Below are positions 11,611-23,172 of a DNA stretch of 64,000 nt, in pieces. The stretch spans positions 1,952,001 through 2,016,000 of the forward strand of contig CAWIIQ010000001.1 in NCBI GenBank assembly GCA_963836185.1. Reading direction: 5' to 3'. The DNA comes from Candidatus Krumholzibacteriia bacterium (GTDB taxonomy: Bacteria; Krumholzibacteriota; Krumholzibacteriia; Krumholzibacteriales; Krumholzibacteriaceae). The notes beneath the pieces were generated by a model, which saw nothing but the letters and a program-made list of their open reading frames with translations, made no database searches and was not told where the DNA came from. Every line of letters starts with the position of its first letter. The first letter of the stretch is position 1. The position numbers and the translations under genes are program-made.

Positions 11611-12881
11611 TACGGCACCTGATGAAAGGCCTGGTCAGGGACAGGCACAGGAGTCTCTTCCCTGTGATGATAGTAGCTGCCGGCGTCTCGATCTCGATCC
11701 TGATGTTCTGCTTCATGGACGGGATGCTCGACGACATGATACGGAGCAGTGCACGTCTGGATACCGGGCACCTGAAGGTCGTCACTAAAGGATATAACGA
11801 GCTGATCTCTCAGCTGCCGAACGACCTTGCTGTCAGGGACTCCGACTCGCTGATCGGGCAGCTTCGCCGGGAATACCCCGGCATGGAGTGGACGGGCAGG
11901 ATAAAGTTCGGCGGGCTGCTCGACTTTCCCGACGAGAACGGAGAGACCAGGGCGCAGGGACCGGCCATGGGATTCGCTGCTGATCTGATCGGAGAGGGAT
12001 CGAAGGAGCCCGGAAGACTCCACCTCGAAAGCGCGCTCGTGCGGGGACGTCTCCCCTCCTCTCCAGGCGAGATCCTCGTAAGCGAGGAATTCGCTTCACG
12101 ACTCGGAGTGGAGACCGGGGAGACCGCGACACTCATCGGCTCTACAGCATACGGGAGCATGGCGGTGCACAACTTCGTGCTCGTCGGAACGGTCCGATTC
12201 GGGATCGCGCCTCTCGACCGCAACACGATAATAGCCGACATATCGGACGTGCAGTACGCTCTCGACATGGAGGGCGCCGTATCCGAGATACTTGGTTTCT
12301 ACCCCAATATGATATTCAACTCAGGAGACGCAACGGCGATGGCGAAGGCATTCAACGCGAAACAGGAAGATCAGGACGGCGAGATGACACCTGTCATGCT
12401 GACTCTCAGAGACCAGAACGGGCTCGGGATGATGCTCGACCTGGGGAAGATGAGATCGACGATAATAATTGCGATATTCATCTTCGTAATGTCGATAGTG
12501 CTATGGAACACGGGGCTCATGTCGGGAATAAGGCGGTACGGTGAATTCGGCGTACGCCTCGCTATCGGGGAATCGAAACGGCATGTTTACCTCACGCTCA
12601 TCGGCGAGGCGGTCCTCGTCGGCCTGACAGGCACCGCCATAGGAACGGTGACAGGACTCTCCTTCTCGTATTTCCTCCAGGAAGTCGGCTGGGATATCTC
12701 GGGGATGCTGCAGGGCTCATCTGTGATGATGTCGAACGTGATGCGAGCGAGGGTCTCCCTCGCCGGCGGTTTGATAGGCCTTATACCAGGGCTGGCCGCT
12801 ACGATCCTAGGAGCGTCCTTCTCGGGAGCGAATATATTCAGGAGACAGACCTCACAGCTTTTCAAAGAACTTGAGGTATAG
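11607..12881 (+). CDS. FtsX-like ABC permease (LolC/E-like), second subunit
   Basis: Likely start is ATG 11607 (MIRHLMKG), overlapping the previous stop. Contains RRYGEFGVRLAIG and FtsX topology. Confidence 0.88.
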   Translation: MIRHLMKGLVRDRHRSLFPVMIVAAGVSISILMFCFMDGMLDDMIRSSARLDTGHLKVVTKGYNELISQLPNDLAVRDSDSLIGQLRREYPGMEWTGRIKFGGLLDFPDENGETRAQGPAMGFAADLIGEGSKEPGRLHLESALVRGRLPSSPGEILVSEEFASRLGVETGETATLIGSTAYGSMAVHNFVLVGTVRFGIAPLDRNTIIADISDVQYALDMEGAVSEILGFYPNMIFNSGDATAMAKAFNAKQEDQDGEMTPVMLTLRDQNGLGMMLDLGKMRSTIIIAIFIFVMSIVLWNTGLMSGIRRYGEFGVRLAIGESKRHVYLTLIGEAVLVGLTGTAIGTVTGLSFSYFLQEVGWDISGMLQGSSVMMSNVMRARVSLAGGLIGLIPGLAATILGASFSGANIFRRQTSQLFKELEV

Positions 12882-12914
12882 CCCATAACTGCCTGTAATA
12901 CAAGGAGTGCGGCG

Positions 12915-13664
12915 ATGTACAGATTAGCAGCATGGATTCTCTTGATACTTGCGATACCATGCGCCTCGCCTGCGGAGGAATACCCCGACGGCAGAGAAGT
13001 CCTGAGAAAAGTCGATGAAAACCTCGTTCTCGACCAGGCGACCGGGGTCTCTATAATGGTTATTCACGCCCGCAGTGGAACGCGCACTGTCAAGTCGCGG
13101 TTCTGGGTCAGGGGACAGGACGAATCTTATGTCGAATACCTCTCCCCCGCTCGGGAACGCGGCAAGAAGATGCTCAAGCTCAGCGACAAGCTCTGGACCT
13201 ATGCTCCCGAACCGGCCGACAGGATCATCACCATCTCGGGGCATCTTCTCCGCCAATCGGTGATGGGATCGGATCTATCGTACGAGGACATGATGGAGAA
13301 CAACAGGCTCGAAGAGCTGTACGATGCGGAAGTAACAGGAGTCGAAGAGATCGATGGAAGGGAATGCTGGGTCATCACGATGGTAGCAAAGGGCGAAGAT
13401 GTCGCCTATCACTCGCGGAAAGTCTGGGTAGACAGAAATCGGTATCTCCCTCTGAGAGAGGAACGCTTCGCGAAGAGCGGGCGCCTGCTCAAGACGACTG
13501 AGATCAAGGAAGCTCTGCAGGTCGAAGACAGATGGTACATGAAGAGAGCGGTCTTCAAGGATATGCTCTCAAGCGGTGAAGGGACCGAGTATATCATCGA
13601 AGAGATCGATTTCGACGTGGATATCCCAGATCACGTCTTCACGAGGGCCTCACTCAGGAAGTAG
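12915..13664 (+). CDS. Outer-membrane lipoprotein-sorting protein (LolA-like)
   Basis: Signal peptide; YLSPARERGKKMLK and RQSVMGSDLSYEDM motifs; C-terminal DIPDHVFTRASLR. Confidence 0.85.
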   Translation: MYRLAAWILLILAIPCASPAEEYPDGREVLRKVDENLVLDQATGVSIMVIHARSGTRTVKSRFWVRGQDESYVEYLSPARERGKKMLKLSDKLWTYAPEPADRIITISGHLLRQSVMGSDLSYEDMMENNRLEELYDAEVTGVEEIDGRECWVITMVAKGEDVAYHSRKVWVDRNRYLPLREERFAKSGRLLKTTEIKEALQVEDRWYMKRAVFKDMLSSGEGTEYIIEEIDFDVDIPDHVFTRASLRK

Positions 13665-15001
13665 GTTTGTCGACTGTCCTGACCCAGAGATAGTAGACCG
13701 GTATCCCGGCCGCGACAGTCACGATAGCGGCCGACGACTCCATCGGCCTGTTGATGAAGGCGACCACCATCAGCGCGAGTGTGAAAACGAGGAAGAAGAG
13801 CGGCAGGAAAGGATAACCCGGCACTTTCACCACACCCTGCTCTCCTACCGACCTTCTCCTCGCAATAAAGAGACCCGCTACAGCGAGCCACGGGAATATA
13901 CCGAGCGCGTACCCCAGGTACAGCAGAAGCTGCTCGAAAGAACCGATTGCGACCATCAGTACAGCCAGTGCGCCCTGTATCAGGATCGACCTTCCCGGTA
14001 CTCCGTACTTCGGGTGGACCTTCGCCGCAAAGGGAAGAAAGAGCCTGTCCCTGGCCATGGCGAAATAGACGCGCGGCCCGACGATGATATAGGCGCTCAG
14101 AGATGAAAGAAGGGCCAGGCCGACCATGATGCTCAGCCCCCGCCCCATCCACTCTCCGAAAGTCCTCACTGACGCCTTCTCCACGATGGCTATCGTGCCC
14201 TGTACCTCCGAGAAAGGCAGTGCGTGGAGGATAAAGGTATTTACCAGCAGATACAGGACTATCACTATCCCGGTCCCCACAGCCAGCGAGAGAGGCAGCG
14301 TCCTTTTCGGGTCGCGGACTTCTCCGGCCACATATGAAGTGGCGTTCCACCCGCTGTATGAAAACATCACGAGCATCATCGCGGTCCCCACCCCGAGCCA
14401 GCCTCCGCTCGAGATCCCGCTGCCGAGCAGTCCACTCCCCGCCTCCACCCAGGGCGATGCCTGTCGCAGCAAGTCCGGCGACAATGACGACCTTTATCAC
14501 GGTCAGGATATTCTGGACCTTGCCGCCCTTCTTCAGGCCGAAATAGTGAAGCGCTGTAAATAGGACGATGACGGCTGCCGCCGAGCCTTTTTTCATCATG
14601 GTGAAGATCGCCGGATCGACCGCTTCGAAACGTCCATTGAGGCCGGCGAATATATACTCCGAGAATCCCATCGCCGAAGCGGCGATCGCGGCAGTGAAGC
14701 CGACGAAGAAACTCGTCCAGCCGGTAAGGAACCCGAGCGATGGATGGAAGAGCCTGCTGAGGTAGAGGTACTCCCCTCCCTCATCCGGCATCCTCGTGGC
14801 AAGTTCGGCGTAACAGAGGGCTCCGGCCATCGCGATCATGCCTCCGAGGACCCAGCACCCAAGTACCCACCCGGGGCCGGGCAGGAAGCCCGAAATGATC
14901 CCGGACGCGGTGAATATCCCGGCGCCTACCATGTTCGCAACGACTATGCTCGTCGCTGTGAACAGTCCCATCTCCCGCCGTACCTTTATTCCGTTCTGCA
15001 T
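13654..15001 (-). CDS. APC-family amino acid permease (extra base at 14429)
   Basis: VVANMVGAGIF, CYAELATRMPDEGGEY, FSYSGWN...AGEVRDPKRTLP and GPRVYFAMARD, in two frames. Confidence 0.9.
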
Positions 15002-15013
15002 ATGTTCCTGTTC

Positions 15014-15665
15014 TTAAAACCTGTTTCTCGGGATGAAGATGTTTATGTTGTCCTTCTCGAGGAAGGTCTCGATGCCGACAAGGTAGAATCCACCTCTGTA
15101 CGCCTCGTCTATCAGCTCGTTCTGATGCTTGCAGTGCCACTGCGCTTCTTCGCCGTACTTGTCCCAGTCGTGCTCTATTATGACGAGCCTGCCGTCCGGC
15201 TTCAGGCTTGGGATCACATTCTTCAGCAGAGCGACCGGATCCTCGAAATGATGATACGAATTGATCACGTAGACTGAGATCGAACTTGCCTTCCGGAAGG
15301 CGGGGATCGGTCACCTCGCCGAGAATCGTCTCGATATTGCCGATACCGTCCCGCTCGCACCTCTCGCGCAGGTAGGCGAGATCATCGGCGGAGATGTCGT
15401 TGGCGTAGACCCTGCCCTTTTCCCCGACGCGCTCTGCCATCTGAACGGCATACCTGCCGCGGCCCGCGCCTATCTCGGCGATCGTCATCCCGGGGACCAC
15501 ACCTATTGCGTCCATCACCTTGTCGGCAGGCTGCGCTTTGTTGTGCCGCTCCTCCCACTTGTCCTCCTCGTGATACTGGCAGTACGCCGGGGGCGCGGCT
15601 GCTGAGAGAATCACAGATACCGTGATCACGGCGAGGGCCGCGGTAAATATCGATCTTCTCATCAT
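15014..15665 (-). CDS. Class I SAM-dependent methyltransferase with N-terminal signal peptide (extra base at 15275)
   Basis: IAEIGAGRG, VYANDI, FDL(V)YVINSYHH and LKPDGRLVIIE; hydrophobic leader MMRRSIFTAALAVITVSVILSAAA. Confidence 0.85.
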
Positions 15666-15818
15666 CTCGTCTCCTTCCCGGGGTCAGTTATGTTATTCAT
15701 TATAACGTCGCAGTGCGAATAATGTTCCTTTCTGTTTGATTATTGATTTTTTTCAGGAACAGTTTTGTCTTCTTGTGCGTAACATATTCTGGTCACTGTC
15801 TTACCGAAAGGAGACCCG

Positions 15819-16772
15819 ATGTCGAAGATCGCAGTCCTGGCCCTTACCCTCCTGATGCTTTTACCCCTCTCCGGAGCATGGGCGCAGGAGGAAGAGATCC
15901 CCGATCCATCCGCGTATCTCGAGATGAAAGAGAAATTCGACGCGGAGATGAAATCGCAGGATTATGCAGCGGCGCTCAAGACCGCCGAAGAGATAAACGA
16001 GGTCGTCTGGCCCGTCCAGTGGGAGGCGATGTACAACACGGCAAGGGCGTACAGTCTCGCCGGCGACAGGCGGAAGGCGTACGAGTACCTTTACTGGGCG
16101 ATCGATTCGGGATACTGGGACGCGAGGACGATGATGGAGGACGAGGCCTTTGCCGGCATCAGGGAGGAAAAGCTCTTCAAAAAGCTCGCCCGTTCGGCTC
16201 GAGCGAACGGCTATATCTGGATGCTCGAGCGAGAGGGCCGCGAGGAGTTCCAGAAACCTCAGCAGGTCATGGATGCATTCGAGCTAAGGCCCGGGATGAA
16301 GGTAGCGGACGTCGGATGCGGCTCGGGATATTTCACCGTCAAGATAGCCGGCGAGATCGGCCCCGAAGGCAAGGTATGGGCTATCGACGCATGGCAGGAT
16401 ATGCTCGACTACCTCGACAGAAGGGTCCAGATAGAAGGGCTCGAGAATGTCGAGCTGATCAAGGTCGAGCGGGACGACCCGCAGATACCTGAAGGCAGCG
16501 CCGACCTGATCCTTATGGTCGACGTCTATCATTATATCAAGGAAAGGGTGGCCTACGGCGAGCAGCTCCTGAAAGGGCTCGCGCCCGGCGGCCGTCTCAT
16601 AGTACTCGATTACATCCCCAAATCACTCGAAGAGCGCCCCTGGGGACCTCCTCCGAGCCAGCATATGTCCGAGGAGGAGCTGACCGCAGATCTCGAGAAA
16701 GCCGGATTCAGGAAGGTCAAGCAGCACGACTTCCTGCCCGAGCAGTATTTCGTCATTTACGAGGCAAAATAA
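15819..16772 (+). CDS. Class I SAM-dependent methyltransferase with signal peptide and TPR-like N-terminal domain
   Basis: Signal ending AWA-Q; TPR-like AMYNTARAYSLAGDRRKAYEYL; VADVGCGSGYF, VWAID, DVYH and LAPGGRLIVLD. Confidence 0.88.
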   Translation: MSKIAVLALTLLMLLPLSGAWAQEEEIPDPSAYLEMKEKFDAEMKSQDYAAALKTAEEINEVVWPVQWEAMYNTARAYSLAGDRRKAYEYLYWAIDSGYWDARTMMEDEAFAGIREEKLFKKLARSARANGYIWMLEREGREEFQKPQQVMDAFELRPGMKVADVGCGSGYFTVKIAGEIGPEGKVWAIDAWQDMLDYLDRRVQIEGLENVELIKVERDDPQIPEGSADLILMVDVYHYIKERVAYGEQLLKGLAPGGRLIVLDYIPKSLEERPWGPPPSQHMSEEELTADLEKAGFRKVKQHDFLPEQYFVIYEAK

Positions 16773-16797
16773 GTCAATTCAGGATAAGTGATCGATG

Positions 16798-16829
16798 ATG
16801 GAGCGGCCGCCCGGTGCCGCTCCATTTTT
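16798..16829 (+). terminator. Intrinsic terminator
   Basis: ATGGAGCGGC-N8-GCCGCTCCAT followed by TTTT. Confidence 0.8.
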
Positions 16830-16938
16830 GTCATGTTTATTCTTGCGCAGTTCCGGATATCGGGGTAAACTCCCGGCAAGTTGAATCCGCTCCGGCATCA
16901 GCCGGGGAAAAAGAACAATAATCGATGAAAGCTTCGAG

Positions 16939-19900
16939 ATGCGCCGGATAGCACTCCTTATCCTGCTCTTTTCTATTTTCGCCGCACTGGTGCTGGCCAG
17001 GCCGTTCAATACACCTGTTATCGACGGGACCATCACGGGCGACGGCATCGACTGGGAAGCCGACGAACTTCAGGTCGACGACCCCCCTGTCGGCGCGGAC
17101 TGGGGCCCCAACCAGATCGAACAACTCTGGGTCACATACGACTCCCTCGCCCTCTATATAGGGGTCAACTACGAAGTCAGCGATAACGCGATGGTCGTCT
17201 ACATCGCCGCCGGTACAGGGACCGGAGCGCAGGACGTCAGCGGGATCGACTGGTACGCGAGAAACTTCGATTTCTCCGACGGCGTCCTGGCCGACTTCCT
17301 GATTGCGGGCTGGAACGGGAGCGATCTCGGGATAAGAAGGATCCTCGACCCGGCCACTACCGATGACATAACGAGCCTCTGCGAGAACGCCAATCTCAGG
17401 CAGAGCCCAACCGGTTTCTTCTACAACGGCGAGATAAGGATCCCCTGGGACGTGATCTACGGCAGCGATCCGGGAACGGTCCCGGCAGGGTCAGAGATCA
17501 GGATCGTCGCTGTCATCGCGGGCGGTGACGGCTGGAACGGCCCGAGTTCCGCACCGTATAATGACGGGATGGACGGCTCGGGAGCCAAGACTACACTGAT
17601 CAACATGCATACCGTGTATGTCGACATGAACGGCGACGGTATCCCCGACGCCGGCGAGGGCACGATATCCGGAGATGTACAGCTCGAAGACGCGGGCGAC
17701 CTGACGACAGTCAGCCTCCGTCGAGCTCTTCAGTGAATTCAACGACATGCGGATCGACTCTACCGCCACCGCGCCTGGCGGAGGGGCGTATATCTTCGAA
17801 AAACTGGTGGACGGCGATTACCGGGTCGAGGCATCGGCTCCCGGATACGCCAGGATCAAGCAGCCGGGCGTTATCGTCGAGGACGGCGCGAACGTGGCCG
17901 GCGTTGACATTCTTCTGACAAGGGCCGGAAAGATCACTGGTACTGTCTTATACACAGACGGCCCTGGTGTCGAAGGTATAGTCGCTGCCTATGACTCTGT
18001 GACCGGCATACTCGCCGGCGATGGAGAGAAGGATATCCCTCCCGCTGGAGGCCCCTTCGAGATCCAGGTCCCGGACGGGACCTACTACGTCATAGCCGAA
18101 GGTACGGGATACATATCCGATACACTCTCGGTAGTAATCACTGACAGCGACAGCATACATGTCGGCGACATCTCTCTCAGTTCGGTCAAGGCTACCAAGC
18201 TCGTGCTGATCGATCCTCTCGGCAGCGAGCTGGAGAGCGTCAACACAACTGTCAGCTTCCCCGACTCAGGGATCTTCTTCTACGCTTCGGCCCTGATAGA
18301 GGCGCGTGACGATCTGGACAGGCGCGACTGGTACGATGTAGACGGGTATCTGCAGCAGGTAGAGCTCCGGGCCACAAAACTGAACAACACTACGCCTCCC
18401 AGAGGGAACGTCAACTTCTATGATCCGGCCGATACGACGGAGATCACAAACCTCGCTCTTGTGGATGGCCGTGGAAACTTCCTTATCAACGATGACGCTA
18501 TAGAAGTGCTGAGAATATTCACCGAAGCACCCGCAGGCGCTGCCGATACTATCAGCGGCAGGTTCAAGTTCGGCATCAGGTCGGCTGAGCCCGAGTTCTT
18601 CGCGATCGAGATCCTCGACACGATGCTCGTCGCCGATGGTGTCGAAGAGATAACGGTATACGGAAGGCTCCTCGATGTGAGCGGCAACCCCGTACTCCTT
18701 CCTCTGGTCGGGGTAAGCTTCCTGCTCAAGGATACTTCGACCGGTGATGGAGCCTTTACAATCCCTTCAGTGGTAACCAACGCCGATGGTGAAGCGACTA
18801 CCACGATGACAGCTACTGGCGCCGGAATACTGGACGTTACCGCTGCAGTGACCTGGCAGAACAAGGAACTCGTCATCCTCGGGAAAGATGAGACAGACTT
18901 CGTGCCGGTGACGGCCCTTCCGGGACCTGCGGCAGCTATACAGCTGTCGCTGCCGGCGGACGTCGTAGGGTTCGGCGAGGATCTCGAAGTCGTGGCCCAG
19001 CTCGTCGACCAGTTCGGAAACAGCGTCTCTGAATCAGGGTACAACATCGCCTTTACCGCAGCTCCCATGGATGCGGGAACGGTAGCGCCGGAGTTCGTCG
19101 ATCTCGATGAGACAGGGCGGGGAGTCACAGTGTTCACCGCCGGCGACAGCAGGGATATCGTCAGGATATCAGCCGTCTCTACTCCTTCGCTCCCGATCAA
19201 TGACGTCTCGTTCATCATCGATCAGATAACGACCATTTCAGATCCACCGTTCCCCGAGCCCGACCCGGCCCACCAGTCCCTCGAGGCTATGGACCTGACC
19301 AAGGTACTCGTCAGCAACGACGCGGAAGCCCTGCAGTTCCAGATCCGCTTCAATACCGGGTGGGATGGCGCGCACCTGGTCCTCCTTATCGAGACAGGAA
19401 ACGACGCGGCGGGATCTACAATAGATCCGTTTGAGTTCCCCGTGACCTATGCCCATGACCTGCTGCCCGAATACGCGTTCACCTTCAAGTATTCCTCTGA
19501 CGATTACTCCGACATGAGGCGCTGGTCCGGCAGTGAATGGGAGTGGTGGGACGCGGACGGAAAGGCCTGGATCCCTACATCGGGCACCTGGGTCGAAGGC
19601 ATAAATGTGCAGGGCGACTGGACCGAAAAGGGAGCGGACTGGGTGATCTTCACCATCCCGTACGATTTTCTCGAAGGAAACATCCCTTCGACGATGCGGT
19701 TCCAGGTATACCTCACTCAGGATGCGGATGTAAAAAGGTCGGCATTCGATTCGGCGCCTCACGACTCGACGCTGAATCTCGATTTTGATCCGGACAACCC
19801 GGATATCGACTGGACGATAGCGGAGCAGAACATCGACCTGCATCACTACTCCGCCGACTACGTCATCCAGGGCGACTTCCCCCCCGCTCCTCTTCTCTCG

Positions 19901-22264
19901 AATCCGACGGCCGAGCCTGATGAAGTCGACGCGGGCGGAACCGTGACATTCACGGTCGATGTAACAGACAACGGCGGGGGGATCGGCGGCGTACTGATAG
20001 ACCTCGCTCCAATAGGCGGCTCGACGTACCAGTTCATGTACGACGATGCGACAAATGGAGACCAGGCCGCCGGCGACGGCACATACAGCTACCTTCATCT
20101 CGTCGATCCGGGGATAGCGAGCGGCCGATACGACCTGGTCGTATCGGCGAGAGACTCGATGAATATCTCCGGTATCGACTCGACCTTGTCACTTACCGTT
20201 CAGGGAACGGTCGAGCCGATACGGATACTGACCGACGAGTTGAATGACGATTTCGGCCCGAACCAGTTCGGCCGGGAGGGTCTCTATTACCTCTATCCGA
20301 CAAACCAGGTCTTCGCCAAACGGGCTTTCGATCTCGAGTCTATGACGATATTCGAGACATCGAAGATCGTCAGCGGGGAGATCATCCCCAGCCTCGCCTT
20401 CGAGGTCAAGATGGGTCAGGTCCCCGACCCGAGCCTCGAGGGGAACGCCAACTGGAACCCGCCCTACGCCGACATCAATATCCAGAAGATCGATATCATG
20501 ATCGACGCCTTCAAGGGCGGTGCGACCGAGGGGCTGCCCAACAGGCAGAACGATTTCGCAAGCTGGGACGCCTGGGATTACGCGGTCGTGATGGAGGGCT
20601 GGTACAAGGCTGTGCTTACCTCGAACAACCAGAACACCCCTTCTGCGTGGTCACAGACTGTCGCGAAGAGCGACAGGGCAATAGTACTTCTTACCGATTT
20701 CGTAAATAATACGATCACGAGTGTAGTCTCCATGGAATCCCTGGGAAATCCCACGCCTGACGATATAATGAAGTGGGACATCACGGTAGTGATGACGAGC
20801 CATGACGGGAACAGTGACGACAATAACTTCGGAGATACTCGGTGGGTAAACGCCAGCGTCAGCGAGTGGCAGATCGGAGGCGGTGACAACAGCGACCGTG
20901 ATCCGAACATAATGGACCTGATCATCTCCCCCGGAACGGGCAAGACGATCGGCAGGACCCAGAGCGAGATACTCGACTGGAAGACGGCCGAGTCCTCCGA
21001 CAGGGTCAATAACGGCCTGACGCCGTGCTACATAGACATGACGACATTCGAGGACCAGGGGCCTCCTGCCATCGACGTCGGCGAAAAGGTATCCGAAACG
21101 GTCCCGTTCCAGCCGCTCGTCAACGCGCCGCTGTATTACACGGCGATCATCGTAGACGACGACCAGGTCTCGAGATCGGTCTTCCGGTGGCGCCCCGACT
21201 CGACCTCGACGGATACCTGGTTTGAAGAGCTTCCGATGGGATACGCCGGCGGGGATATCTGGAGTGTCGACCTTCCCGTAGAGGATATGCTGCAGAACGT
21301 CATCCTCGCCCCTCTCGACAGCACGTGGAACATCGAGTTCGAGATCGAGGCTGCCGACCGCTCCGGCAACGTCACGATCACGCCGCTCCAGACGATGGAG
21401 ATCAATCTTCCGATCGAGACTTTCGTCGTAGCCGATATCGACATGAGCGAGGACTTCGAGGTAAGGGCTCCCGAGGGCACACTTATAAAGATCCCCACGA
21501 CAGCCGTACAGCAGGATGCCCTCGACGTCAGGTACAACTTCAAGCTCACATCGGAGTATGCCGATGAATATGAGCCGGAACCGCCCGGCGCGACTCCCGT
21601 TAACGTCTACAGGAAGGTCGAGTTCGAAGCTGTGTTCAGGATGGTCGAAGAAGGTGGAGATACCGTCAACGTGACTCTTCCAGTTCCTGAGTTCGAGGAC
21701 AAGATCAGCATCAGCTTCCATTACCCTGAATACAGCATCCAGAATATCGACGAGGACCTGATCGGCGTCTACGAGTATACGGCTTCGACCGGAATATGGG
21801 TCTATATAGGTGGAACGGTCAATCCCTACGGAAACCTCGTCACCGTCGATGTATCAAGGCCGGGGACCTACGCTCTCTTCTATAATCCGGAGTTCAAGTA
21901 CAGCCCGGGAGAAGTATTCTCCGGTGTCGTATTCTCGCCCAATCCCTTCTCTCCCAACGGCGACGGCCTCTACGAAGAAACCGAGATCAGCTTCTTCCTG
22001 CAGTCGGAAGCGACCGTCACGATAGAGATCTACGATATGGACGGGAACAGGAAGAGGATACTCGAGCGGAATTTCTCGATAACGGCCGAGGACACACCCG
22101 ACGCGGTGCCGAGAAGGGTGACCGGATTCACCTGGGACGGCAGGGACAACTCAGGCTACATGGTGCCGTACGGTATCTATATATTCAGGTTTACCGTGAC
22201 CTACCAGCAGGCGGCCGGACAGAGGACGATCCGGTACAATGACGCCGTGGCGGTCATCAAATAG
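16939..22264 (+). CDS. ~1770-aa secreted multidomain carbohydrate-binding surface protein (DOMON/CBM9-like, carboxypeptidase-regulatory, Big-1 Ig, choice-of-anchor X, glucodextranase-C DOMON, CHU_C/FlgD-like tail); extra A at 17713
   Basis: Signal peptide. Big-1-like LVADGVEEITVYGRLLDVSGNPV; MYDDATNGDQAAGDGTYS; glucodextranase-C-like DDFGP...YLYPTNQVF..RAFDL, WDYAVVMEGW and WQIGGG..DPNIMDL; tail FSPNPFSPNGDG...FTWDGRD..G.MVPYGIY. Confidence 0.8.
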
Positions 22265-22280
22265 GAAGGTGCCGACCCGG

Positions 22281-23153
22281 ATGAGACGGACAGTGGCGGC
22301 GATCATCATCCTCACAGCGCTCTCAGGAGCAGCAAGGGCCGATTTCCGTCATGTGCGTATGGGTCCGCGCCCCCGGGCGATGGGGTCGGCTTTCGTCGGT
22401 GTGGCCGACGATGCAAACTCGATCTACTGGAACGCCGCAGGAATGATCATGGTCGAAAAGTTCGAGCTCACCGGCTGCGGATCGAGTCTCTACGATGTCT
22501 CCGCTCTCTCAAATAACTATGTCGCCGGCGTCTACAATTTCAACAGCCGCATCGCCGTCGGCGCCAGCTGGACGAGGCTTGAGCTCAAGGACCTCTACCA
22601 CGAAGATACGATCAACCTCGGGATCGCGGCTGCGATCCCCCGCTTCGATGATTTCTCGTTCGGAGCTGCCCTGAAGATCTTCACTCTCGGCGCCCCCGGA
22701 TACGAGAAGTACAACGACCCGGCATATGAGGGTAGCGTCAACAAGGCGAGCCTTGATCTCGGTCTTTACTATCACTCCCCTAGCCAGGTGTGGTCGGCGG
22801 GATTCGTCGTATACAACGTCAACGAGCCTGGCCTTCAACTACTGACGACGACCAGCACTCCCGATCCGGTCTACCGGGACTTCGCCCTCGGCGCGAGCTA
22901 CATGTTCAGCGGACTGCTTCTCGTCTCGTACGACATCAAGACAAGATATGGAGAATTTGACAATATCATCGGGCGGCTGGGCAGCGAGATCTGGTTCTTC
23001 GACGTGGTCGCCCTGCGCGGCGGATTCGAGAGGGAAAACCTTTCCGCCGGATTCGGGCTCAAGGGCAAAAGGTGGGAGATCGACCTGGCGCTCGAGACAC
23101 ATTACGACCTTGGCAACTCTTACCTGTTCGGGCTTACTATAATGCTCCCGTGA
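22281..23153 (+). CDS. PorV/PorQ-like (FadL-fold) outer-membrane beta-barrel
   Basis: GPRPRAMGSAFVGVADDANSIYWNAAG is the N-terminal PorV/FadL signature. Signal peptide starts at ATG 22281. Confidence 0.8.
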   Translation: MRRTVAAIIILTALSGAARADFRHVRMGPRPRAMGSAFVGVADDANSIYWNAAGMIMVEKFELTGCGSSLYDVSALSNNYVAGVYNFNSRIAVGASWTRLELKDLYHEDTINLGIAAAIPRFDDFSFGAALKIFTLGAPGYEKYNDPAYEGSVNKASLDLGLYYHSPSQVWSAGFVVYNVNEPGLQLLTTTSTPDPVYRDFALGASYMFSGLLLVSYDIKTRYGEFDNIIGRLGSEIWFFDVVALRGGFERENLSAGFGLKGKRWEIDLALETHYDLGNSYLFGLTIMLP

Positions 23154-23172
23154 TGAGGGAGCGGGTAAAACG

